This document shows positions 25,718 through 37,403 of a DNA stretch of 64,000 nt, piece by piece. Source of the stretch: Moniliella sp. 'wahieum' (taxonomy: Eukaryota); NCBI GenBank assembly GCA_003971905.1, contig RSEE01000042.1, positions 1 to 64,000 of the forward strand, given 5' to 3'. The notes under the pieces were generated by a model. It saw only the letters and a list, made by a program, of their open reading frames with translations. It was not told the DNA's origin and searched no databases. Position 1 is the first letter of the stretch. Every line of letters starts with the position of its first letter. The position numbers were made by a program, and so were the translations under genes.

Positions 25718-28296
25718 ATGCGGCTTTTTTTGGGGGGGAGCTCCACTCAGCGTTCGCCCGGCCGTCGCCAACGCCGTCCCCCAACGCTGTCCCCAACACC
25801 ATCCTTCTCCACACGCAGCCCACATACCACGCGCAGTAGTCAGCATGCGCGTCGACCCGCTCCGCTCGCTGCCCATCGAAATCGGGCACGACATCTTGAC
25901 GCGGGCGTGCTGGATCCGCTGGACCTGTACCGCGTCTCGCTCGTGTCGCATCACTGGCACCGGCTCGTTAGCAACGAAGCGGTTTGGCGCGCGGTCGCGT
26001 TCCAGTGGGGCTAGTTTCGACGCGCGAGTTCAGCTGGACGAAGCACGTACCGCGCCACGTGCTAAGCCGATCGTACCCTGCGCGACCTCTTTCTGTCGTG
26101 CGCACGTGGCGCGAACTCGTGTTGGTGTACGACCTGCTTGCGCGTCAACTGGGACGAACGGTAAGTGGTGATCCGGTGCCCATCCCGCGTCCTACGGTTG
26201 CACCATATCTTTTCCACGTGAGTCATCGCTCAGGCGGGGAAAGTGCAGAGATTCGGTTACGACGAGCGTTTATCCAAGACCGCTTTTTGGCCGCGGAGTT
26301 TCTAGCGGTGGTGCCACAAGATAACCTGGCGATTTTTGCGAGTAACTACCACGATATGGAGCATGTGGACCGATGGGCACTGTGGGTTGTGGACTTGCAA
26401 AACTCCACGCTGTTATGGGCGTATTCAAGCGAAGAAGATGCGGATGTACTGAGCATCGCGGCCGAAGAAGGAACGTTGATTGTTCACCATCGATCGTACC
26501 TTGCTGATGCGGTACGCGAGTACCTCGATATCTTCAAACTTGATTCTCACTTGGGTCGCAAGGCGCCGAAACGAGGCTATTTCCGCCGCAAGAGTCGCTT
26601 GGACCCAAGTCAGATGGGCGTCCAAATGTCCATTGCATTGCAAGGCCGTGTAGTGGTAGGGTAAGTGGCTCGTGGTTCGTGGTTCGTGGCTCGTAGCTCG
26701 TGGCTCGTGACTCGTGGCTCGGGTTTTGGTTTGCTTATGCCGATTCCGTGTTCTGACCCTCCCTCCCCCTCCCTGTCTTGTTTTCTCTCCAGACAATCCG
26801 AGTCGACGCCTCGCAGCTTTACATTTTGGGACCTGGCCACCGACGCAACCACTCCCACACGCACTATCCGCATCCAACGCGCCAACATGGAAATGTTCCC
26901 TCTGGCCACAATTTGGTTGTACGTCCATGCTTTCCCTTCCTCCCCTTCTCTTCATCCCCCCCCGTCCTCCCCTTTTCTTCACCCCCCCCCCCCCCCCTCC
27001 CCCCTCCACCAGCATGGGAGCATGTTGGACTGACACATGTCGTGGCTAGGCACCCTCCTTTTGCATGGGCGTGGGACGGGGAGTACTTGGTGGTCACTTG
27101 GGCTAGCCGGGAAGGTCATGCGTGGTTCCACGTGTACCATTACCCTACCGACACGCACCTGGGTCTAGGCGTGTCGGGCGAGACGGAGAGCGAAACCCAA
27201 ACCAACCCGGAATCCAAACCCAAAGCCAAACTCGAAATCGATAAGCGGATGCTGCACGAAGGAATGGTGGACATCACAAGGTACGATGTGCACCCCACGA
27301 CGTTTCAGACGAGTATGCGATGCAAGGCACGCTAGTTGCGATCCCCAGTACCTGTCCAGGAAAAGTGGGACCCAGCGACGGTGATTGCGCCACCGAATCG
27401 GCTTTCGGAGCGGCAACCCGAGATGCGCTTAGCGCTCGACGCGGCCACGGGCAACCGCTGTGCTAACCCTGCATGATACCATGATCCTGGTACGGGATTA
27501 CCGGCAAATGGGCCAGGAGGGGCGCCCGCAACGCTGCCTCGTGCTCAACTTGCATCGGTTCCCAGTGGCCTAGACGGGATGGAAGACGTGACGGACCGCG
27601 GGCCGTTGGCTGCGCAGCACGGTCGTGCGATCTGGGGCCCACTCACGCTGGGGACTACCAAGGCTGGGATGAGGACGGTGTACGAGTATGCTTTCTAGGT
27701 GACGAGGAGACACGCGGGTGCGTCCTCCGCTTCCCAAGATCCGGCAGCGACTTGGTACAGCACGGCCCGCACAGTGGAGCACGGAACTTTCACACCGCAA
27801 CGGGGACCCCGGTATCCTTGGGTGATGCAGCGACGTACTTGGTGGAAGAAGCTGAGTTGGCACGTATGCTCCGGTACGAGCAGTACGAGTACCGCGCGGT
27901 ACAGCTCACTGCTACGGGCGTGTACTTTCTCGTGGTCGCGGTTGGGGACCGAACGGCATTGTCGTTGTTCAATGACGATAAGCGGGCGTCAGTGGTGCAT
28001 GGACTGGACTTTGCTGGGGCAGCTATGCTAAGACTGAACCGACTGTGTGGTGCGGCGTTGGCCAAACGCGCACGATGGACCTGTACAAGCGTATTCGTCA
28101 CGCGCTCCCTGAGCAGGACGGGACAGCACCGGGCGACGAGGAGGATGGATGGGTGGACGCGGAGGACGACCCGGAGGAGCAGCAGGGGCACAACAGCTAC
28201 GTCGACGACGAGATGGTCGACTATCCCTTTGTGGATAGCGATAGGCTACCCGAATTTGTGGAGTGGGACTGGAATCAGCCAACCACGGATTATTAG
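25718..28296 (+). CDS. F-box domain protein with acidic C-terminal tail
   Basis: RVDPLRSLPIEIGHDIL..LDPLDLYRVSLVSHHWHRLVSNEAVWR is a canonical F-box; beta-rich central region; introns 26661-26792 and ~26919-27049; ends ..DEEDGWVDAEDD..EWDWNQPTTDY*. Start uncertain. Confidence 0.8.
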
Positions 28297-29198
28297 CCCA
28301 GCGCGCGGCCGAGGGGTACCGGTTACGGTACGCTTACTGGTTACCGGTTATTAGATGGCTTGTTTGTGGTCGAGTGGCCTCCACAGGGGTACATTGGTTT
28401 ACCCCGCACCTACCCTACCCTCCACCCGGGTGTTGAAGCTTGAAGCTTGAAGTTGCACCGGCTCCAGGCTCTGCTCCGACGACCGACGGCACGGAGGTAA
28501 CGGGGTTAATCAAAACAAAATAGGGTCTGTCGCAACCATCTCGCTCAAGAATGAAGCTTGAGGCCTTGAGCCCGAGACCTCTGACGGCTGTGTTTGCTTG
28601 TGCTCCTACACTGTTATAGCCCTTGTGGGGTTTATTATTATTCCTTTCTCCCCCTGCACAGCCATCTGGGGTCGGAAGCCAACCCACCAGCCACTGCTGT
28701 GGCGCTGAGCCTCTGCTCAGCTGGCGCCTAAGTTCAATATTTACATGTCAGTTGCCACGCTGCCGCTCCAGCCATATACACTTAGTGGATGCCCACGGAA
28801 GAACCCTTGAATCAAGCTAATCAAGCCATCAAAGAGGGGTATATGTACACTATATACGTAGCCCACTGCACTGCAGGACTCATGTACTCATACCTCTCGG
28901 TCTCTGTGCATGAGTACTAAGACTGAGTCTCAGTACTCAAAACTCAGAACTCAGAACTCAGACTCAGAACTCAGAACTCAGGAATCAGGACTCAGAACAA
29001 AGTCTGTGAGCACTCTGATCGAAACACTCGCGCTCTCGTACTCCGACTTGAAGCTTAAGGACATACGAAAGACGCAGTACGGTTGGGGGTCTCTCGTATA
29101 GTGTTAAAACATGTATCGGCTTTCCTTTGGATCAATGGTTACCGATTACCCGGTTACTGGTTACCTGTTACCAGTTACCGGGTAACGTTGACCCGCGG

Positions 29199-29323
29199 TG
29201 AAGCTGAAGCTTGAAGCTTGAAGCTTGAATAAAAGCTAGAGGCTTATTGAAGCTTGAAGCTTATTGAAGCTTGAATAAAAGCTAGAGCTTATTGAAGCTT
29301 GAATAAAAGCTAGAAGCTTGAGC
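29199..29323. repeat. Compound AAGCTT-based array with higher-order unit TTGAAGCTTGAATAAAAGCTAGA
   Basis: GAAGCTT heptamers plus 3 copies of TGAAGCTTGAATAAAAGCTAGA; preceded by GGTTACC/GTTACCA heptamers (29138-29190) and CTCAGAA heptamers (28935-28997). Confidence 0.9.
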
Positions 29324-32300
29324 TGTGACATGTGTGGTGGTCCCCCAGTCCCAACACATGGAACCCAACCCGCGAGAGTCGAAATCTGAATCTCAATCTG
29401 AATTGAGTCTGAATCTGAATCTGGTGGAGCCAATCAAGCGACCCAAATAGGACCGGCATTGGTCAAATCCAATGAAGCCATCTTCGATATTTCCACTCGA
29501 AAAAACAACAGAGATCGAGGTCGAGGCCAGAAGGGAACCGAGGGAAGTGACCTAGTGACATGTGACATGGGACACCTGAAACCGAGTTTCCATGTCGCCT
29601 ATTTGGCGCCCACAAGCGGGTATGGGTATTGCGGCGTGGTGGTCGGTGGATCGGATACATGCACCCTCTGACTCCGGTTCCCAAGCCTCAACATCAAAAG
29701 CTTCAAGCTTAAAAAGAGGGCTTGCAGTACAAGAACTCAGCTAAGCCCTTCCATGCGCTATTATTATAACAAGCTTAGCGCTACCCTTCTCGCTAAGATC
29801 GTCAACGCTAAAGCCGCACAGGGACAGCACTCCCAGATTGAAATCAGGTGCAAAAGGTCGTACATGGGACAAACGGGCGTCGCCCCCCGTCCATCTACTG
29901 CACTGGGCTCAAATTCAAATGAGAGCGGTGCATGGTTGGCTCTGGGTCAAAAAGGGTTGTCATTGTGGATCTGTGGGCATCAGACATAATGCATCAGGTG
30001 GATGCCTTCGGCTTTTACCTTGCTTCTTACGGTCCGGTGCATGGAATCGATGAACGGATAGAATCCCTGCTGCCACGTAAATCGATCTCTACGTATGTAG
30101 TATTGGATCGAAGAGTATATCGCAGGGTATAGGATGTAGTGACTAGTAGAGTACCAATCCATCTAGTTCCTCATATTGTAATGTTGCGGTTCCGGAAACA
30201 ATTACAGTAAGATAGAAGGAAAGGGGGAGGAACCGGTGGCAAAAGCTTTTGAAGCTTGAAGTTGTTAAAGCGTGAGCAAGTTAGAGGCTGAAGCTCTGAA
30301 ACTCTTGTTGCCTTTGAAGCGTGAAAAGCTTTAAAGCTTGAAGCTTGTAGAGGATCCACCCTGCAAGCTCGAGAGCCACATCCGTCGCAGCCTACAGGGA
30401 AAGGAAAGGGTGCTGGCCGGACGCAATACTTTTATGAAGATGTTTACCTTTCGGTATCATTCGGTAAATAACCAACTCGGTTCAGTATATTAATCGGGGT
30501 TTTCGGAGCTCAGCGCCTCAGACCAGTACCCCTATTAGCATCAGGCTCGGGCCTCAGGGCCTGAGCCTCAGGAGGCTTCAAGCAGCTACCTTCAAGCTTC
30601 AGTCTTCAGCGCCGTCAACTTTCAACCTTCAAGAAACACCATACATGAGATCTGAGATCTGAGATTTCATGATACCCTAGAACTCCACCAGGGGGCGCGA
30701 TATGCTGCGCAATGGGATCTGTACTTAATGACCCCCACGGCTTGGCAAGAACCACCTGACATGTGATGCATTTCGTCGACCGTCGTCGGAGTCAGCTGGT
30801 CCTGCATCATGATGCGCATCAAGGAACAAGGTCCAATCAACTAGATCACTGAGTACTGAGTACACTGAGTACTGAAGTTGGTACCGAGTACTACTCCGAG
30901 CGGTGAGTAGTGAGCTACCCTGATGCACCTGATGGCGGAGAGCCTGGCCGGAGATACGGAAACGGGATATGTGGGCGGTGGAGCGGAGCAAGTCCAGACG
31001 ACGCGCAAGGCCTAAGGCCTGTAAGTAAGGCGTAAGGCGTAGTAAGGCGTAAGGAACTACGAACTAGGAACTTGGAACAAGTACTAACCGGACTAACCGG
31101 ACTATCCAGTCTAAGAAGGGCTAGGGTTCTAAGAATGTATATATTAATGGGCGTAGTAGTGATGTCGCGCGTAGTAACAGAGAGACAAGTGCGTTGGTCG
31201 GAATTGCCAATTGGACGGGACCGTTGGCGGGCGGCTATGGATAAATTACAAGACACGAAAAAAGGTGGAGTGAGAGAACGCTTGCATATGGCGTAACTAG
31301 AAATCGGCAGTCTGCTGACTAAGTCGGGTCACGCGATCACGATCAGGCCTCAGGCCCTGAGGGCCTCAGGCCTTAGTCCTCCGGTCGCCTCGGTGCGGCG
31401 CTGGGAAGATATGGAGCTGGATTTGAAAAACGAGTTACTGTAGGCGCTTGAAGAGCTTGACGCGCTTGAAGCTTGAAGAGTAATTGAGTTCCCAGTGGCT
31501 GCCCAGAAAGCGACGCTGGGGACGCAAGAAGAGATGACGAGATGAACCGATCCGTGGTCGATGAGAGTGACTTTATCTGAGACGCCTGAGGGCGGACGGT
31601 GACGCGGTGACGGTCTCTCGTCGATACCATGACGCATCATGCATCATGTCAGGAACATCTATCTGCAATGCTTAATGCATGCTCCAAAGATGGATGACTA
31701 CGTGAGTCAACTCGAGGCTTGATGTCGTGTATATGTCCCCCAAAAACGCTCACTTCCAGGTCAAGTTTCAAAACTTAAGAGCTTCATATCTGAATCTGAC
31801 TCTAGTCAGATTACCCTTGTTGGTAGGCATTAGATCGACCTTATCTGTCGTACGTTGACGTTTTGCCCGGTACAGAGCGAATCGGGACAGTGGCAGTGTC
31901 TTTGCGTGAGACCACGACAGACACTCCTGAACACTCCTCTTTGGCTTCGACATCATTGACTTGGAATGATATTGACATCAGGCCTCAGGGCCTCAGGCCT
32001 CAACACGGCCCCCAGGGTCTCACCAATCACCGATCATGTGGGCTAGTTGATACACACCCAGTGTCACTATGTCACCGCTCACCACATCTGTTGATTACCA
32101 GCGTCACTATCCCCCTCCCCGCCTTCCGTCGTGCTGTTGTCGCCATTTGCTATAGGATCTAGCCTCTGCCCACCTACAATTGCCAAGCGACCAGGGGTGT
32201 AGGTTGGTGTGGCCAAAAGTGGTGACCGGGGTGACCGGTGGCACCGGTGCCATGATGCGAGACGTGATGGACAAAAGACGTTCCCTTCAAGCTTTACATG

Positions 32301-35300
32301 TCTATATGATGCACTTATCTATGGCGCCTACGTTCTGTGAATCGGGATCAGAAGACTGATTTGAAGCCTATAGAGCTAGAAGGACTAGAATATCCAACAG
32401 TACATATTGCGCTAGAGTGCGCTTTGGTCTTCCTAATCGAATGCGCAAATGCGTCTTAAACACGTACGATTCCATCCATTAAAGCTTCTCGGTTACTCTG
32501 ACTTTGTACGACCGAAGGAAACCCACGGATTCGCGTGGAGAACCTCTGGAAATTGCAGGGCAAATGCAATCATGACGGGGAGGTTAAGGCCAAAGGTCTA
32601 AGCCTTTTGCCACAGCAAGAGGCGATGGGGGGTCGAACAAGTCGGAGTATTAGTCACGTGGAGGCTTCGGAGGTCAAATAATTAAAGGCCTAAGGCTTAA
32701 GAGCTTAAGGGGAAAAGGGTGATGACCGATAACGCACCTTGGCTTACAGTATACGGGGCCACGGGTCCCAACAGTTTTGTGAGCACTAAGCCGCGGTGCG
32801 ATCCGTTGAGTAATTAAACCATCAAGCTACTCAATCTATAATGCTCTACCAGGCTCTCTATCTACTCTACCATATACCATGGCAGGCCACGATTGACTAG
32901 TAAGTACTGAGTAGTGCTAGTGATTGTGGCTGGCTGCCTGGTCACATGGTCACAGTGACTATAGGGACCATACGATCGACATGCTGACACTGTGACACGT
33001 CACATGTCACGAGGTCCATCGTGCATGTCACACATGTCACACGCCAATTCACATTTTGCTTTCTTCAGACGTTCAACGTACTCAACGTATAAAACGTCCA
33101 TCGATCAATCATCGAAATCATCTCAGATCTCATCGATCATCCCGCTCTCCAATGCACGATAGAGGCGATGTTTGCAAAGCGTTGGAAGCTAAGCTTGCTC
33201 TCGACTTCGGCGAGCTTGATCGAGATTCCCTCTCGCTCACGATATGTTCCTCACTGGGACCACTTCCATCATTCGCGCATTAGCTAGTACCTGCATTAGC
33301 GCGTAGCGCTTAGCAGTAATACCTTGTCCCTGCAGTGGGACGCGATCGCCTTTATCCTAGCCACACCCGATCGGCGGCATCGCGAGAGATTGGGTGACAT
33401 ATGACATGTGACAGTCTTCGGTTTGAAACGTGCAGGTAGTCGCATGTTGACACTTTACTAGCTTTACTGTTTAACGTTTAGCCAGGAAAAACGTTTGTAC
33501 GGAGTCTCAGTACTGAGCCAATGCACATGTCGCGAGTACGAGTGCCTCAGTACTGAAGGTTGGTTCGTGCCTAACCGCTTGGGGGGGAGAGGCGGGGGGG
33601 GGGATGAAAACGATCAAGAAAAACATGTGTGTAACAAACGTAACATTAAGCATGGTACCGAATGCATGACGTGTGTGCTGCTGAATACCTTTGATGGTGG
33701 CACTGTTGGACAGAGGAGTGGCTAGTAGTCCGCTCTCTGGGATTGAACAACGGTGATCGATTTGATCGATGGTCTCTCCTATGTAGGCCCCGTGTCGGAG
33801 CGTGTGCCTGCTCGCGCGCGATCGAAGATATTAGATCTTAGATCTTAGATCACTAGTCACTTTCTTCTCTCTCTTTGATGGGACAAAGGATTTACAGGCT
33901 CACGAGATCTCTTCCGATATGTTGACATCCGTCCTAGGACCGCGCGGACCCTGAGTCACGTGAGTCAGCTTTCATTCCTTCCGAGCTCGCACCAGTCTTC
34001 TGGACGAGTCAGTCGCAGAAGCTTCTTAGTCAAATACGACGTTCAGTGCTCACATTCTGTGGTAGTAGCGAGGCCGACACGATATATGATAGGCAATAGA
34101 TCCGGAGCGCAGAATGATGCTAGAGCCCAATTCCATCCACACTCACCTCTGCGCCTCTGCAACGCGGCTCTGCAGCCCTCGTTCGTCTCTCCTCAGGCCT
34201 CTCATTAATCGTTGGCCTCACCATCCCCTCTCCCCTCAGGCCTCCGAACGACTCTAGACTTGAGAGGTCTTCCGGCCTCCTCCAAGGCCTCAGCTGGGGC
34301 CCTGAAGCGAGTGAAAAGCGCGAGCCACCATTTTACAAAAGAATTGCGAGTCGTGTGTAGCGTATGTGAACGTATTATCATACACACCTGCAAGCCCAAC
34401 GCAGGGCCCGCCAAGCCATCTATCACGTGCGGCGTCCCAGCTGGAACCGATCGAGCGAGAGTGAGACTTGCATGAGAAGCGCATTGCCAAGAGTACAACA
34501 CAAATTATACCCAAGGCCCAATGGTCACTGTAGTTGGCCTACAATGCATAATGGCCAATTGTGTATTGGCCAATCATCTACAATCTCACCGTGGCCCAGT
34601 GGCCCTGGCTTGCTGTGGCATATGTGACGGTGCGTGTTGATACGTAACAGTTCGATGGTCAGTCCAAGTCAATATTCAATCGAGAGTGGAGCCGAGGTGG
34701 AAGATGGCGGAGGTAAGGGCCAGATGATGAAGGAGTATGGGCATAGGCAGTAGGGAGCATGGCGCTTGGAACAGGAGATCTGAGAGGTCGTGGTCCAATA
34801 TCAAAACACGTTCGACGTTTTGCGACCAGACTACGAGATACAAAGACACCGCCAAACCAAATTCAATCACAACCAATTGATCATTGGATCATGCATCCAT
34901 CCTGAATCATTAATCACATCTCCGACTTGTAGGGCGTCCTCAGGCCTCAGGCATGGCCTCAGGCCGGTTAGGCCGATCATCGATCAACCAGGGCACAGTA
35001 ACTCGTCTACTCCGTACGTCGGTGAAATACTCAGACTACTGAGTACTGACCTATATTCAGTTCTCACACATGTGCGCCAAGGTCCTCTCTCTGTTTTCAT
35101 TACCTCTTGCGCTACAACGTCGCCCAGCTTGGCGCCCCGATCGATCACGTGCGTCGTGTGCTGATGGAGGGGTCTGTGTGCGGAGTCCCACTTGTGATTT
35201 GTGATGCATGCTTCAACAGCTTCAACCAGCTCATTAATCTTTGCATCACATGCATCACAAAAGTTGATCAAGTCACTCACTATTCACATGATTCACACAT

Positions 35301-36043
35301 CCCACCCAGCCCATCCTCGCCTGCATCTCCGATCAGCGTTCAGCCTCAGCGCGCGATCAGCTCAAGCACCCAGCCTGATCTCAATGTAAGAGGGGGGAGC
35401 CTTCCGACACACGAGTAAGCTCTCCGTGGGTGGCTCTTGGGGGATGCAAGATGGACGACAGGCAAGGCAGAGTGGAGCTTTGAAACACGGTGAGCATTAT
35501 ATTATTACTGAATAGCAGCGCCAAGCCTTCTGCGGGATGCTGAGGCTTGCTCAGCGCGCTCAGCCTGTGAATATAATGCAGCCTGGGGTCTGGGACGTCT
35601 CCAGACTGAGTTGTGCATTGTTGTTCCGCGGTCCAGCGCTCAGCTCAGCTCCGAGGGGCAGCGCGGGGGGAGTCTGGGCCTGAGGGCCTGAGATCTGGGA
35701 ACAACCGTGGGGCACCGTCACGCGTCAAACCTGAGGCCCTGGGGCCTGATGGTGAGCCTGATGGAGCAGAGCCCACAGGAGTCTCTTCTCCCCTTGTCTG
35801 CATGTCACCGCACGAGGGTCACCCATTGACTAACTGCATTACATGGTACGTTTGCTAGTTATTCGTTACTAGTTACTAGTTACCACCAGTTACTAGTTAC
35901 TCTAGTGGCCAGGTACTCCATAACTCAATCAATACTCAGTACATCTCAGGACTCAGTCTGAGTACTCATTGTATTCAGTCTGTGTGCTCACAGTACTCGT
36001 GCAGTCTGGAGTATTCTCGCCATCAGTCACTAGCCACTCGTCC

Positions 36044-36104
36044 CTTCAAGCTTCAAGCTTCAAGCTTCAAGCTTCAAGCTTCAAGCTTCAAGCTTCAAGC
36101 TTCA
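36044..36104. repeat. (CTTCAAG)8 heptamer array containing AAGCTT palindromes
   Basis: Eight perfect CTTCAAG copies plus a partial copy; the longest perfect member of the intergenic heptamer family. Confidence 0.97.
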
Positions 36105-37403
36105 CTAGCTCCACTAGGGACTAGTAGCAGGCACCCTAGTCCTTGATGCTTGAAGCTTGAGGGCTTGAGCGATGATCGATGGTCAGTGACTAGGTGGCTA
36201 GTGATTAATGGTGACTTGTAGCCAAAGCCACTAAGGCACAGGCTACGTCACTAGTCACTCGTCACCGCGTCACCGTGACCACTCAAGTCACTCACTTGTT
36301 ACTAGTTACTCGTCAGCAGTCACGTATATAGTCACTAGACGCAAGTGCTGATTTAGCCGCCCAACATGCTTTGTGGGGAGAGGGACTTGGGGAGCCGCAA
36401 GGACCAAACCCTGGGACGATTGGCAATTGCCAATTATTGGACTGGCTTTGCGCACCGTCCCGCTCGTTGCTGCCTCGGCCTTTCCCCCTGCGCTCCCACG
36501 GCCTCTCCGCAGGCCGCACCCTGCAGAAGGCTGGAATTTGTTATGCCACACCGCCCTGCTACACTCTGCCCACAAACTCTGCAGCCCGGCGTTACGGTTC
36601 CGGTGGCGCTCAGCCCTTGGTGCTCATGCACCAACGCTGTCTGCCCTCGCCAAAGTACGGGATGCCTATCGGTATTGACAATGGCCATCACCCGCCTCAT
36701 CGTCCCGATCCCATCATCCCAGGGTGCCGCTAATCATTTGCTGTGTTTTTCTCGTGTGTCCAACAGTTGTCTCGCAGCACGAACCTGCCAATGTCCGGGT
36801 CAGGAACCCGATGGCGTTGGCAGCCAGCGGCAGTAGCTAGCTGTGCGCTCCGTTCTCGAAGCTATCTGAGATCTGGGTCTGAGAGCGGCCGTAGCAGTTG
36901 CTCGTTCTTACACGTTGCGTTATATCGATTGCGACTGCGCCCCTCCCCCCCCCCACTCTTTTTCTTTTCATCTCTTGTGCGTGGAACATGCCAAACTGCG
37001 TTGCCTCTTGTAGCTTGGCACAGAGACACAGAGCCTATAGCCCCCCCCTCCCCCCTTACCCGATTCAGGTCCCCGTGCAGGGCTCAGTCGCGCTCACCGT
37101 TCAATATTCAATGCTCAACACGATTCACCGTTGACAGGGCCAAACTCAGACCAGACTTGGACTTCAGGGCACTTTGACCGGTTGAGCTTTGACCACCCCA
37201 GATTCAGTACTCAGTCTCAGACGCGGGCTCCGCATGGTTGCAAGGCCCCCCGCCTTTTCTTAGCTCCACCACCATTGCTTTCGCCACTATCATACGCTGC
37301 GCTACACGTTGGGTACTTTAGCGTGCAGATCTGACCGTGTGTCCTTGCGCTGCCTGTGTTTGCTGTTTGCTTGCAGCGGCCCCCTTGTCTGCGAAACGTC
37401 TCC

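Noticed and set aside
25705..25735. GC hairpin plus T-run resembling an intrinsic or Pol III terminator (GCCGC-CTGAAT-GCGGC-T7)
   Set aside because: The stem is only 5 bp in GC-rich eukaryotic DNA, it overlaps the likely F-box start region, and no upstream Pol III gene is recognisable.
36044..36104. HindIII-site concatemer as cloning linker or Hi-C artefact
   Set aside because: Hi-C junctions would read AAGCTAGCTT; many other palindromes show the same 7-bp architecture with natural degeneracy. Not fully excluded without independent reads.
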